From: Hemiscyllium ocellatum
Lineage: Eukaryota
Direction: 5' to 3'
Length of the DNA: 64,000 nt
Assembly (NCBI RefSeq): GCF_020745735.1
Contig: NC_083409.1
Span: 15,533,873-15,597,872 of the forward strand
A model generated the notes under the pieces. The model saw nothing but the letters and a program-made list of their open reading frames with translations, ran no database searches and was not told where the DNA came from. The position numbers and the translations under genes were made by a program. The first letter of the stretch is position 1, and each line of letters opens with the position of its first letter. Positions 13,280-25,146 of this stretch are shown piece after piece.

Positions 13280-13560
13280 GGAAGTTGCAGTGATTAGGAG
13301 GCCCATATTTACTGGTCTGTCTTGGAGGATCCAGTCAGAAGGAGATCCATGTTTACTGGTCTGTGTTGGAGGTTCCAGCAGGAAGGAGGTCCATGTTTAC
13401 TGGTCTTTACTAGACGCTCCAGTCCGAAAGAGGTACATGTTTACTGGTCTCCTTTGGAGACTCCAGTCAGAGGGAGACCAATGTTTACTGGTCTCTAGTG
13501 GAGGCTCCTGCAGGAAGGAGGCCCATGTTTACTGGACTCTGAAGGAGAGTCCAGTGCATT
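13280..13560 (+). repeat. 44-bp minisatellite, right part (~6 units)
   Basis: tttactgg at 13308, 13352, 13396, 13440, 13484, 13528 (exact 44-bp period). Confidence 0.9.
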
Positions 13561-14132
13561 ATGGACTCCAAGGTGAGTGTGGGGTTCAGTTCCTTTCTGT
13601 TGTAACTGTATAATGGTTCAACCCACATCCCAGTAAAACACCCTGACTCAGAGACTGATCATGGAAAGAGAAGGAGAGGGGTAGGGGAGGGGAAGGGATT
13701 GGAAAATGTTGTGAATGGACATGCTGGATCAGGGGGTCAGATCCTGTGCTGTCCCTCTAGCTCACACTGATGGCCTGAGGATCTCCTCTCTCTGCTGGGC
13801 CTTCATGGAATGAGCTTTGTGTCCAAACAAGTCTCCAGTGAGAACAGGCCAACAGCACAGAACTGCCCTTCATTTGACAAGAATCTAGCCATCTTTCTGA
13901 GAGAGGCCAAATCCAGGTCAATGTGGAAAATGGGGCCTTACTCCAGGAGAAAACATGCTTCTGGGGTCAAGGGTTAACATCCATGAGTGGGGCAGAGAGA
14001 GGGAGATTCATCCTGAATTCAACTGCCACAACCTGGGACACTGTGAGTCAGAGACAAAGGGTGTGTGTGTGTGTGTGAGACAGAGAGAGAGAGAGCGAGA
14101 GAGGGAGAGAGAGAAGAGGAATTGTGAAGGGC

Positions 14133-14212
14133 TGACGTGGCTCTCTCTGCCTGATGTCATTTGCATACTGAGGAACACCCAGTCAGACTCTCACAGGCTG
14201 CAGCTTTATAAA
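14133..14212 (+). promoter_or_regulatory. Ig V-gene promoter
   Basis: CRE-like TGACGT at 14133; octamer ATTTGCAT at 14159-14166; TATA-like TTTATAAA at 14205-14212, ~60 bp upstream of the leader ATG. Confidence 0.85.
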
Positions 14213-14272
14213 GCAGAGCCCAGTGAAGGGAGAGTTTATCAGGATCCAGGCACAGGGACAGGAGCACACACC

Positions 14273-14321
14273 ATGATTTCACACATCCAGCTGATCTGGC
14301 CCCTGGCATTCTGTGTCGCAG
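14273..14321 (+). pseudogene. Ig kappa (NS4-like) leader exon, MISHIQLIWPLAFCVA(G)
   Basis: ATG at 14273; 49-nt phase-1 exon with GT donor at 14322; matches shark kappa leader. Confidence 0.9.
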
Positions 14322-14507
14322 GTACAAATCTCTCTCCTTCCACCTTGAATCTTTAGCTGCTCTCCATTTCACTCCAATTCCACTGACTTGTGATTGAAGG
14401 GAAAATGCTGAAACCAGAGGAATGCTCAGTGTCTCCAACAATCTCTCATTTGACAGGCTCTTTCTGTGACAGTTCTGACTTCACTGTGTTTCTCTCTGAC
14501 CCCTCAG

Positions 14508-14803
14508 GTATCAGTGGGGACATCATCATGACCGAGTCTCCCCCGGTGCTGTTAATGGGACTGGGCCAGACTGCAACCACCACCTGGATGACCAGTCAAA
14601 GCATTAGCAGCAACCTGGCTTGGCACCAGCAGTGAGAAGGTCAGAAACCCGCTCTCCTGATCTATGATGCAACAAATCGACTCACAGGAGTCTCCAATCG
14701 ATTCACCGGCAGTGGATCAGGGACCAGTTTCACCCTGACAATCAGCAACGTTCAGAATGAAGATGTCGCTGACTATTACTGTCAGCAGTATAGCAGCAGC
14801 CTT
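14508..14803 (+). pseudogene. IGKV: Ig kappa light-chain V segment pseudogene
   Basis: cag acceptor at 14506-14507; translates [94 protein letters not shown]; first conserved Cys replaced by Trp; TGA at 14633-14635. Confidence 0.95.
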
Positions 14804-14831
14804 TACAGTGATACAGTGCCATACAAAAACC
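14804..14831 (+). promoter_or_regulatory. 12-bp-spacer recombination signal sequence (RSS) with defective heptamer
   Basis: TACAGTG + atacagtgccat (12) + ACAAAAACC; first C of the essential CAC is T. Confidence 0.93.
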
Positions 14832-15275
14832 TCAACACGCACAACACCACCTTCTGTACTGACACATCCAACAGTTATATGAAATGTATAATAATGGACA
14901 GATAGTCCCATCTCCTGCACTGACACATCCACAGTTATATATAAAGTAAATTAAACAAATTACCCCATGCTGCGTTTGTCACTGTCCACTACACACTCCA
15001 GTCCCTGTGGTGTCCACCGCTCACTGAAGGCCTCAAGTTTCCCTCTTACACTCCATGGCCACATGTGAAGAACAGCTGCAAGATTTAACAATGAAAACTA
15101 AATTTCACAAACCCCCGAGAGTAGCTGGACGCAACCCAGGAAGACAGAGAGAGAAAGACACATGAATGAGGAAGAGACAGAGAGAGGTAGGGAGTGAATG
15201 AGATTGACCAAGAATAGACAGAGACAGAGAGAGACAGGGAGAGGTTGAGAATGACAGGGGGAAGCAGAGAGCAGA

Positions 15276-15314
15276 GGTTTTTATACAGCCTCTGCACTGG
15301 GAGCTCTCACTGTG
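15276..15314 (+). promoter_or_regulatory. 23-bp-spacer RSS of J
   Basis: GGTTTTTAT + 23 nt + CACTGTG. Confidence 0.93.
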
Positions 15315-15349
15315 GTCCACGTTCGGTAAAGGAACCAAACTCAGACTGA
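15315..15349 (+). other. IGKJ: Ig kappa J segment (STFGKGTKLRL)
   Basis: FGxG motif directly after the heptamer; followed by GCAAGT, a GC-type donor in phase 1 matching the C exons. Confidence 0.92.
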
Positions 15350-15722
15350 GCAAGTAAACCTCAATTGTCCATTATTAACTCTGTCAATACTGAAACACAC
15401 TTTCTAAAATACAGTTACTGAATTGTTGAAGGTGTTAGTGGGGAGCTGCAGTGAACGAAATGGTTGATTGAGGAGCACTGTGTCGAACAGGGTGTCCAGC
15501 TGTATTTCTTTCGTTCCATTGCCCCGCTTAAGCAACAAGACAGAAGTCAGTAAGTTTTACTCACTGTGTGGAGGAGCTCTGTCCATTTGCAGCCTGTGGT
15601 CCCATTCCTGCAACATGGAGTGAAATCAGTGAGTAACCTCCTGCCAGTCTCAGTGTGATGGACACGGGCAGATTTTGATGTGAGCTCTGACTCCCTGTCC
15701 CAGTCTCTGATCTCACTGACCT

Positions 15723-15746
15723 CAGCAGCAGCAGCAGCAGCAGCAG
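15723..15746 (+). repeat. (CAG)8 microsatellite ending in an isolated CACAGTG heptamer
   Basis: Direct reading; CACAGTG at 15747-15753. Confidence 0.9.
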
Positions 15747-15814
15747 CACAGTGAGACACCGAGCTCCCACCTCCCCCAGCTTTAACTCTGCTCAATCACA
15801 CAATCAGAGAATTG

Positions 15815-18185
15815 TTACAGTGCACAAGGAGGCCATTCCACCCATCCTGTCTGGACCGGCTCTCTGAATGAGCAATTCACTGAGTGTCATTCTCCTGCCT
15901 TCTCCCTGTCACCCTGCGCATTGTTCCTTTTCAAATAACAGCCTCATCCCTTCGGAATGTTTCAATTGAAGCTGCCTCCACCACACTCTCAGGCAGTGCA
16001 TTCCACACCTTAACACTCACTGGCTGAAAATGTTGTTCCCCATCTCACTTTTGTTACTTTTCCCAATTACTTTCAATCTGTGGTCTCTTGGTCTGAATCC
16101 TTTCTTAATTGGGAACATTTTCTCCCCATTTACTCTGTCCAGGCCCTTCCTGATTTTGAATTCCTTGAACAAATCTCCTCTCAGCCTTCTCCAAAGAAGA
16201 CAGTCCCAAATTCTCCAATCAAACTTCATAACTGATGTTCCTCATCCCTGGAATGATCTTTGGGAACAATTTTTGCCATCGCTACAAAACATTCGCCTCC
16301 TTCCAGAATTCTTCACATTATCTATGTCCCTCATGATTTTCCAAACCTCTACAAGGTCACTCCTCAGAACCTTCCGCTTCAGGGGAAGAAGTCTCAGCTT
16401 TTCCAGCCGCTCATAATCATGGAGTCATACAGCGTTTCAGTCCAACTTGTCCATGCTAACCAAATATCCTAAACTGACCTCATCCCATTTGCCAGCATTT
16501 GGCTTACATCTCTCGAAACCCAACCTATTCATGTTCCCATCCCAATGTGTTTTAAATGCTGTAACTGTATCTGCCTCCAACGTTTTCTCTGGCAGCTCAA
16601 TGCAGACACGCACCACCCTCTGTGTGACAAGTTACCCCTCAGGTCCCTTTTGAATCTTTTGCCTCTCACCTTAAACTCATGTCCTCTTGTTTTGGAATCC
16701 CTTTCCCATGGAAAAGACCTTGAATATACACCCAGTCCATGACCGTCATGGTTTTATAAACATCTATAACGTCACCCCGAGGCCTTAGATGCTGCAGGGA
16801 ATATAGCCCCAGTTTCTTCAGCCTTTCCCTGTCGCTCGAACCCTCCAAATCCTGGCCACATCCTTGTAAATCTTTTCTGCAGCTTTTTAAGTTTAACAAC
16901 ATCCTTACTATCTCAGGATAATAGGATTGTTCACATCATTCCCAAAGTGGCCTCACCAATCTCCTGTACTGCTGCAACATGATGTTCCAACTCCTGGACT
17001 CAATGCAGTGATGAACAAAAGCAAGCAAACCAAACACCTTCTTCATCACCCTGTCTACCTGTGACCCCACTTTAAAGGAATAATGTACCTGCATCTTCAC
17101 CCCAGGTCTGTTATTCAGCAACACTCCACAGGGCCCTCCCATTAACTGTATAACTCCTGCCCTGGTTTGTCTTTCCAAAATGCAACATCTCACATTTATC
17201 TAAACTGAACTCTATTTGCCACTCTTCTGCCCTTGTCCCACCTGATCAAGGTCCCGCTGTACCCTGAGATAATCTTCTTCACTATCCACTGTCCCACCAA
17301 TTCTGGTGTCATTTACAACTTACCGTAACTCCTATATTCACATCCAAATCATTTCTTTAAATGATGAAAAGCATTTGTGGACTCAGCACCAATCCTTGCG
17401 GCACACAGCTGTTCACAGATCTCCACTCTGAAAAGCAACCTTTTACCACCACTCTCTGTCTCCTATCTTCAAGCCAATTTTTTGACTCCAATGGCTCGCT
17501 CCCCCTGGATCCCACCTGGTCTAACCTCACAACCAGTCTATCATGTGGAACCTTGTCAAACACTTTACTCTGAAGCCCATATTGACAATGTCTACTGTTC
17601 TGTCTTCATCAATCATTTTTGTCACCTCCTGTATCAAATTCAGGAGACGTGAGTTCCCATGCACAAAGCCACACTGATTATCCAAACGATGTAAATCCTG
17701 TCCCACAGAATCCACTCCAACATCTTACCCAGCACTGACATCAGGCTCACTGGTCTATCGTTCCCTTGCTTTTCCTTACAGCCTTTCTGAAATAAGGGCA
17801 TAATCTTAGCCAACCTCTCTGTTTTTCCAGCACCTTAACCATGGTTGCCGATGATACATACATCTCAGCAAGGGTCCCAAAAATCTCTTCCCCAGTTGCC
17901 ACAATGTTCTGGGATACACCTGATCAGGTCCTAGGGTTTATCTGTGTTTTAAGATCTTTAGTGTCTCCTCATTTATATGTGGTCTCTTTTCAAGACATCA
18001 CTATTTTTCCAAATTCCCTAGCTTTCCCCACAATATATACTGACCTAAAATATTTGTTCAGGATCTCACGCATCTCTTATGTCTTACCAAAATACAGCAC
18101 TCACATTTATCTGAATTAAACTCCATCTGCCAGTCCTCAGCCCACTGGCCCAGTTGGTCAAGATTCCATTGTATTCTTAGATAGC
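15815..18185 (-). mobile_element. Stacked CR1 LINE fragments in the J-C intron
   Basis: LRGDLFKEFKI, LVRPLWE and FDKVPHDRL motifs on the minus strand. Confidence 0.85.
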
Positions 18186-18347
18186 CTTCTTCACTGCCAA
18201 TGATTAGATTAGATTCTCCACAGTGTGGAAACAGGCCCTTCGGCCCAACAAGTCCACACCGATCCTCCGAAGAGTAACCCACCCAGACCCATTTCCCTCT
18301 CAGTAATGCATCAAACATAGTGTTTGATGCATTACTGAGAGGGAAAT

Positions 18348-18629
18348 CTCAGTCGATTCCCTTGAACTCAGCACCGCCCTCCTAACCTGCAATCTTCTTC
18401 CAGACCTCTCTGCCCCCACCCCACTCTGGCCTATCACCCACACCTTGACCTCCTTCCACCTAACACATCTCCATCACCCCTCCCCCAAGTCCCTCCTCCC
18501 TACCTTTTATCTTAGCCTGCCTGGCACCCTCTCCTCATTCCTGATGAAGGGCTCCGGCCCGAAACGTCGAATTTCCTGTTCCTTGGAAGCTGCCTGACCT
18601 GCTGTGCTTTAACCAGCAACACATTTTCA
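18348..18629 (+). mobile_element. PLE 3' end with hammerhead core
   Basis: Same sequence as the 3' end of the PLE at 29792-32105; TSD gcatcaaaca at 18308-18317 and 18630-18639. Confidence 0.85.
18537..18572 (+). ncRNA. Minimal type I hammerhead ribozyme (PLE-type)
   Basis: ATTC-CTGATGA-A-GGGC/TCCG/GCCC-GAAAC-GTC-GAAT: stem I, core, stem II and palindromic ACGT stem III all intact. Confidence 0.8.
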
Positions 18630-19240
18630 GCATCAAACACTATGGGCAATTTAGCATGGCCAATTCACCTGACCTGCACATTTTTGGATTGTGGAAGGAA
18701 ACCAGAGCACCTGGAGGAAAAACACGCAGACACAGGGAGAATGCGCAAACTCCACACAGACAGTCACCCAAGGCTGGAATCGAACCTGGGGCCCTGGTAC
18801 TATAAGGCTGCAGTGCTAACCACTGAGCCACCATGCTGACCCCCACCCCTGAGCCACCACTAAGCCACCAATGCCACCTGAAAATTCACCTAAACACACT
18901 CTTGCCACTCTGGTCACTATATTCAGAAATTAAAGACCCCCCTCCTCCATTTATAATGGCTCTATCATATTTGCAGGTCTCTGTAAATTCCTTGCATTTG
19001 TATTCCTCCACATCCTTCCCACTGGGTGGTGACTTACTAACTGCTCTGAGGATTCTGTGGTCCTTGGTGTTCCTCTCTGATATTAGCCCCTGGCTCCCAC
19101 AGCCCTGCCAAGTTAGTTTAAACCCTCTCTAACAGTAGTAAACCACCTCACAAAAATCTAAAGCCCTCCCTCATGGATCCTCTTTCCAGCCCAGCAATCA
19201 CCTGTGTTCACCTCCTGATTCTATTCTCACTTGTGTGGGG

Positions 19241-19327
19241 TGCTGAAAATGTGTTGCTGGAAAAGCGCAGCAGGTCAGGCAGCATCCAAGGAGCAGGAGA
19301 GTCGACGTTTCGGGTCTGAGCCCTTCT
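19241..19327 (-). mobile_element. 87-bp PLE-derived mini-insertion
   Basis: TSD tcacttgYgtgggg at 19227-19240 and 19328-19341; starts inside the hammerhead core (TGAAGA...GAAACGTC). Confidence 0.85.
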
Positions 19328-19449
19328 TCACTTGCGTGGGGCACTGGGAATAATCTGGAGATTCCTACTTTTGAGTTCCTGCTACTAATTAGCAGCAGGA
19401 ACTCAAAAGTAGGAAGCTCCACATTACTTAAAAGTAGGAAGCTCCAAAA

Positions 19450-22245
19450 CTTCTGACTGCAAGACTACATCCCTTTCCTCCCTCTGTCACGGGGACTGAT
19501 GAGGAAAACAACTGCTGCCTGTTCCCCCTCTCCCCTCAGTGTGCTCTGCAGCTGCTCAGTGACATCCTTAACCCTGGCACTAGGGAGACAACACACCATC
19601 CTGGATTCCCATCTGCAGCTGCAGAAACATCTATCGACTGCCCTCACTCTCCAATCTCCTCTCACTATCGCTCTTCCAGTCTTCCTTGTGCCCCCCTGTA
19701 CAGCTGCCCCCCCCCCCCCCCCGTGGTGCCAGGAACTTCGCCCTGGCTACACTCTCCAGATGAACCATCATTCTCATCAGGATTCTGAACTGAATCCTGG
19801 TTGGAGAGTGGGATACACTCAGGGGATTCCTGTACTAGCTGCCTGGCCCTTTTGGACTGTCTGCTGCTCCCCCATTCCCTCTCTCCCTGCATACTCTGAA
19901 GCGGCGGAGTGACCACATCTAGAAACGTTTCTCCCTGGAGCTCTAAGCCTCATGGACGCTCCACACTGACACCAAATGCTGGTGGACCTCCGAAACCCAG
20001 AGCTCCAACTGCTGTCACTGACCACACTTCCTGTACTCATGGTATTGCAGGAGCTGGGAAACATTCTGAAGTTCCCACATGGATGCACACTCTCTCCACT
20101 CTTGGATTATCTCTTTGCAAAGTTCTGATGACAAACAGCTACTACAGCAGGGCTCACAGTCCAGTGTTCAGTGGGTTCAGTGTTCCAGGGTTTTGGAGAA
20201 ACTCTCCAGAAAACTTTGAGAAATAGGAGCAGAAATCAGCCATTCAGCCCATGGAGTCTGCTCTGCCATTTGACCTTGGCAGATATGCTTCTCACCCCCA
20301 TTCTCCTGCCTACTCCAAAGGAACTTTCCATCCCCTTAACAACCATGAACCTATCTATCTCTATCTTAAATACACTCAGTGACTTGGCCTCCCTGTCCTC
20401 TGTAACAATGAGTTCCACAGATTCACCACCCTCTGGCTGAAGAAATCCCTCCTCATCTCAGCTCGAAAGGGTCGGCCCTTCATTCTGAGGCTGTGCTTTG
20501 GTTACCTCGTCTCTTCTGTTTTCGGAAACATCTTCTCCCCATCCACTCTATCCAGGTCTATCTGTATTCTGCAAATTTCAATAAAATCCCTACTCATCCT
20601 TCTAAACTCCATTGAGTACAGACCCAGAGTCCTTAACCGTGCCTCATATGACAAGCCCTCCATCCCCAGGATCATTCTTGTAAACCCCTCCAATGCCAGC
20701 ACATCGTTTCAAAGAATATGGATCCTAAATCTGCTCACAATATTCCAAATTCAGTCTGATCAGAGCCTTACACAGCCTCAGCAGTACATCTCGGCCCTTG
20801 TATTCTGGCACTATTGAAATGAGTGCTAACATTTCATTTGCCTTCCCAAGCACAAACTGGACCTGCCTGTTAACCTTAAGAAAATCCTGAATGAGGTTTG
20901 TGCTTTAGATTTCCAAAGGCTTTCCTCATTTAGAAAATACCTCCACACCCTGACTCCATTGATTCCTGAAAGATCATCAAAAATGTCCCCACAATCTCCT
21001 CAGTGAGCTCCTTCAGAACACACTGGTGTAATTCATCTAGTCTGGGTGAGTAATCCACACTCAGACATTTCAGCTTCCCCAGTACCTCCTCCTGAGTAAT
21101 GGCCACTGCACTCACCTCTGCCCCCTAACAGTCTTGAAGTATTGGGACACTGCTGGTGTTTTCCATTGTGCAGACTGATGTAATGTATGTATTCAATTCC
21201 TCTGCTTTTTCTTCATTTCCTATTATTCTTTTTCCAATGTCTATTTCTGTCTCCCTCTTCCTTTTTATATATCTGATGAAATTCTTGCAATCTTCTTTTA
21301 TATTACTGGCTCGCTTTCCCCCACATTTCACCTTCTGTACCCTGAATGTTTTTTTTTGTTATCCTCTACAGGTTTTTAAAGACTTCCTAATCCTCCGGCC
21401 TCCCACTATTTTCCACCACATTGTGTGCTTTTTCTTTTGCTTTTATGCTGTCCTTGACCTCCCTCACCAGCCATGGTTACATTGTCCTCCCCTTAGTGTG
21501 TTTCTTCTTTTTTGGGATGAATTCCTACTCTGCTTCCTGAATTACCCCCAGAAATTCTTCTGTTTGCTGCCACACCATCTTACCTGCTCGGCTCCCCTTC
21601 CAATCAACTCTGGCCAGCTCCTTCCTCACGTCTTTGTCGTTCCCTTTACTCAATTGAAATACTGTTCCATCTGATTACAGCATCTGCCTCTCAAACTGCA
21701 GGGGGAATTCTATCGTATTATGGTCACTTATCCAGAGGGACACATTCATCTTCAGCTCACTAACCAAGTTTGCCTCATTACACATCACTGAATCCAGGAC
21801 TGCCTGTTCCAAACCGCAAGTTGTTTCAAAAACCGTCTCATAGACATTCCATGAAATCTTTTTGTTGAGACGTGCTACCCAATCCACCTATCCATTGAAG
21901 TCTGCCCTGACCTTTTTTTAATGACTTTTCTGTCTCCTGATTGATTTCCTTCCCCACACCCTGTTTACTGCTTGGAGACCTGAACTTGCATCAGATTCTT
22001 TATTTCTTGGGTTCCTCAACACTCCCCACACAGATTCTACACCTTCTGACTGTACTACAAGCTTATTGTGTATATCTTGTGCATTTAAGTACAACACCCT
22101 CAGTCCTACATTGACTGCCCTCCTTCTCATCATTGTCCTCTTATCTGCTGTGCTTGACATTTGATTCATGATCCCTTCCATGCTCTCAGTCCTATTACAT
22201 CTTCTAGAATCTTTGCCAACCTCTCCTGAGCCCTCCTCCACTTTA
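19450..22245 (-). mobile_element. CR1 LINE fragments (ORF1-like, endonuclease and RT pieces)
   Basis: RMVCCLPSARVKDV (ORF1); VLYLNAQDI (endonuclease); FTRMILGMEGLSY (RT C-terminus). Confidence 0.8.
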
Positions 22246-22724
22246 AATAGTTTAAATTACTTGGAAACTCAATTTACCTCGATTTGGGGCATCACTTTGT
22301 CTCCCTGACTCGGAATGCTTCGTGCATTTAGACACAAAATCTTTAAGTTTGATCTATTATTGATTTTCCCTGCACTTTTATGGTTCCTTTGATGTTCAAA
22401 AATTCCAACCCTTCCTTTTATTTACTTGTAACAATCACTAACAAGCATCACTAACCAGCAATCCTACCTTCTCCTTTATCTTCTATTTTCTCAGTTTCCA
22501 TTCAACTGAACCAAATTACTTTCTCTTTGGGTTGAGTTCAGGCCAATATTTATCATTGAGCCAACATCATTATTGCTCTTTGATGTCATTGCTTCCAGTG
22601 GGATCTTGCTGTGCAGAAATTGGCTGCCCCTTTCCTGAAATTGCAACAGTGACTGGTTTTCAAGCAAAGTGTAACTGTCTTTGGGAGAGCCTGAGGTGCT
22701 GAGGGCTTGATTGAAACACAATTA

Positions 22725-23480
22725 GAGTCATAGAGATGTACAGCATGGAAACAGACTCTTCGATCTGACTCATCCATGTCAACCACAGAGACAGAGTCAT
22801 AGTGTCAGAGAGATGTACAGCACAGAAATAGATCCTTCTGTGTAACTTGTCCATGCCGACCAGATAACCTAAATTAATCTAGTCCCATTTGTCAGTATTT
22901 GGCCCATATCTTTCCAAACCCTTCCTATTCATATACTCACCCAAATGCCTTTTAAGTGTTATCATACCAGCCTCCACCACTTCCTCTGGCAGCTCATTCC
23001 AAAAATGTACCACTCTCTGCAGTAAAACATTCTACCTTATTTCCCATTTCAATCATTCTCCTGATACTTTCCACCTATGCCCTCTAGTTCTGGACTCCTT
23101 CACTCTGACCAAAATATCTTCTGTATTCACTTGATCAATGTCCCTCATTATGTTAAAAACCTCGATATGGTCACCCCTCAGCCTCCAGCGATCCAGGGAA
23201 AATAGCCTCAGCCTATTCAGCCTCTCCCGATCGCTCCAACCCTCCAACTTGGCACATCCTTGGAAATATTTTCTGAATCATTTCAAGGTTCCCAACGTTT
23301 TTCCTACAGCAGGGAGTCCAGAATTCCACACAGTATTCCAAAAGGGGCCAAACTGATGTCCTATACAGGTGCAACAGCTCCCAACTCCAATACTCAATGC
23401 ACTGCCCAATAAAGGAAAGCATGCCAAATGACTTCGTCACCCCCCTACCTACCTGCAACTCCACTTTCAAGGAACTAATC
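22725..23480 (-). mobile_element. CR1 3' fragment with doubled tail
   Basis: Two stacked agagtcatag tails; LLEYCVEFW motif; absent from the homologous intron of the second C. Confidence 0.85.
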
Positions 23481-24059
23481 TTTTTTGGGATGAACTGGGA
23501 GTCTTTCAGTTGTGCTATTTCTAATCACCCTGCTCAGAAACAAACTTCTTGCTTTCACTCGCAACTAAAAATAAGATAAAGGAGGTGATGATTTAATGGT
23601 ACTATTGCTGAGCTGTTCATCCAGAGATCCAGATTAATGTTCTGGGGGCCAGGGTTAGAATCCTGTCGCAGCAGATGGTGGAATGTGAATTCAATTTTTA
23701 AAATCTGCAATTAAGAGTCTAATGATGACCATGAAACAATTGTTGATTGTCAGGAAAAAAACATCTGATTCCCTGATGTCCTTTCGGGAAGGAACCTGCC
23801 ATCCTTACCATGTGACTCCAGACCCACAGCAATGTGGTTGACTCTAAACTGCCCTCTGGGTGATTAGGGATGGGCAATAAATGCTGATCCTGCCAGTGAC
23901 ACTCACATCCAAGAAGCAATTTGAACAATGCTTGTTTATTTCTGGGGTTTGTTAGGTATTGGCTACAAATGTTCAAATGGATTGTTTTGCCAGTGAATGT
24001 TCAGAGAGTTAAAATCTCTTCAAATAACAGGGATTAAAATTGTTTCTCTTGTCTTTCAG

Positions 24060-24388
24060 GCAGTGAGAACTCTCAGCCCAAGCTGACCCTGCTGCTCCTC
24101 TCCCCAGAGCAGGTCAATGCCAAGGGCACTGCCACCCTGGTGTGCCTTGCCAATCACTTCTATCCCGATGAGCTGGAGGTGCAGTGGTAGATGGACGGTG
24201 CAGTCATTTTGGACGGGGTTCAAACCAGCAACTACCTGCGAGCTTCGGACAGCACCTACAGTGTCAGCAGCCTGCTGACCCTCTCTGGGTCTGACTGGGA
24301 GTCTGACGCTCGCTTCTCATGTGCCCTCACCCACGTGACCCTCCCTTCTCCCCTCAGCAAGAGCATCAGGAGATCAGAATGTGTGTAG
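24060..24388 (+). pseudogene. IGKC: Ig kappa constant exon C1, premature stop
   Basis: tttcag acceptor; (S)SENSQPKLTLLLLSPEQVNAKGTATLVCLANHFYPDELEVQW*MDGAV...FSCALTHVTLPSPLSKSIRRSECV*; TAG at 24188-24190. Confidence 0.95.
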
Positions 24389-24914
24389 AGTGTTCAAGAC
24401 AGTCCACAGAGGAGACACAACTTTGAATAGAACAGGGCTGAGCTGGCAGGACAAAGGTCATTGTCAGAACTGAATTTCAACTCTCTTCCTTCTCAGGACT
24501 GGCTCAGAGACATTTCTGAGGTTCAGGGGTTAAGGCAGGTCATTGGGACACTGTAGATAGAGCTTTACGCTGTGTCAAACCCCATGCTGTCCCTGTTCTG
24601 GGAGTGTTTGATAGGGGCAGAGTTGACTTGTGATGCCAAGTAAAATCTCTTGAAGTTGCTGAAGGCTGTCAGCTGTACAAAACAATGTGAACCTCAGAAG
24701 TCTCTGTTTCAGTAAACCAGATCTCCTTCCTGCTCAGCCGCCAGTTCCAGTTTAAGGTTTTGTCACTGTTTAAAGGGACAGGATTCTCGTGCTATTGAGA
24801 AAACCTCCACAAGTGTTTTCCTCAAGCTCCAATGTGGCTGTGAATTTGAGCAGCATCCTCTGTCTGGGCTGTTAATTGCTGACTGTTTTCTGTCAATGTC
24901 AATCTGGAAAAGGG

Positions 24915-24920
24915 AATAAA
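24915..24920 (+). terminator. Poly(A) signal of C1
   Basis: AATAAA ~530 nt after the stop, conserved at the homologous position of C2. Confidence 0.7.
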
Positions 24921-25146
24921 GATGAAGAAGATTCAGTCTCTGTGTCTGTGTGCTTTGGAGATTGACCACTCCATTCAACTGGTTGGCTGCATTTCAGCAT
25001 GGCATTGTCACAATTGGCTCATTGGCCTGTCAATCAATGACACATCCGTTGTAGAGGATACTGACAGCCAATCATCAATCACTTTCAAATGATCCCTTTG
25101 ATCTGGAATCATTTGAGTTTACAAGATTCCAAACAGATTTCCATTA

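Larger units (their letters stand above)
18186..18840 (-). mobile_element. HE1-like V-SINE split by a PLE insertion
   Basis: tRNA-like head (tggctcagtggttagcactg) at ~18815-18835; V-domain gtgtggagtttgc; tail at ~18200; halves rejoin across 18318-18629. Confidence 0.8.

Noticed and set aside
11900-13560. CRISPR-like regularly spaced motif
   Set aside because: Units are contiguous diverged tandem copies with no unique spacers, there are no cas genes, and the context is eukaryotic; ORF 13209-13613 is just the repeat read through
14482-14488. CACTGTG in the leader intron
   Set aside because: No acceptable nonamer at 12 or 23 bp; probably chance
24481-24620. Splice-acceptor-like ctctcttccttctcag in the C 3'UTR
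   Set aside because: No upstream donor identified; the downstream sequence resembles a common shark repeat; light chains lack membrane exons
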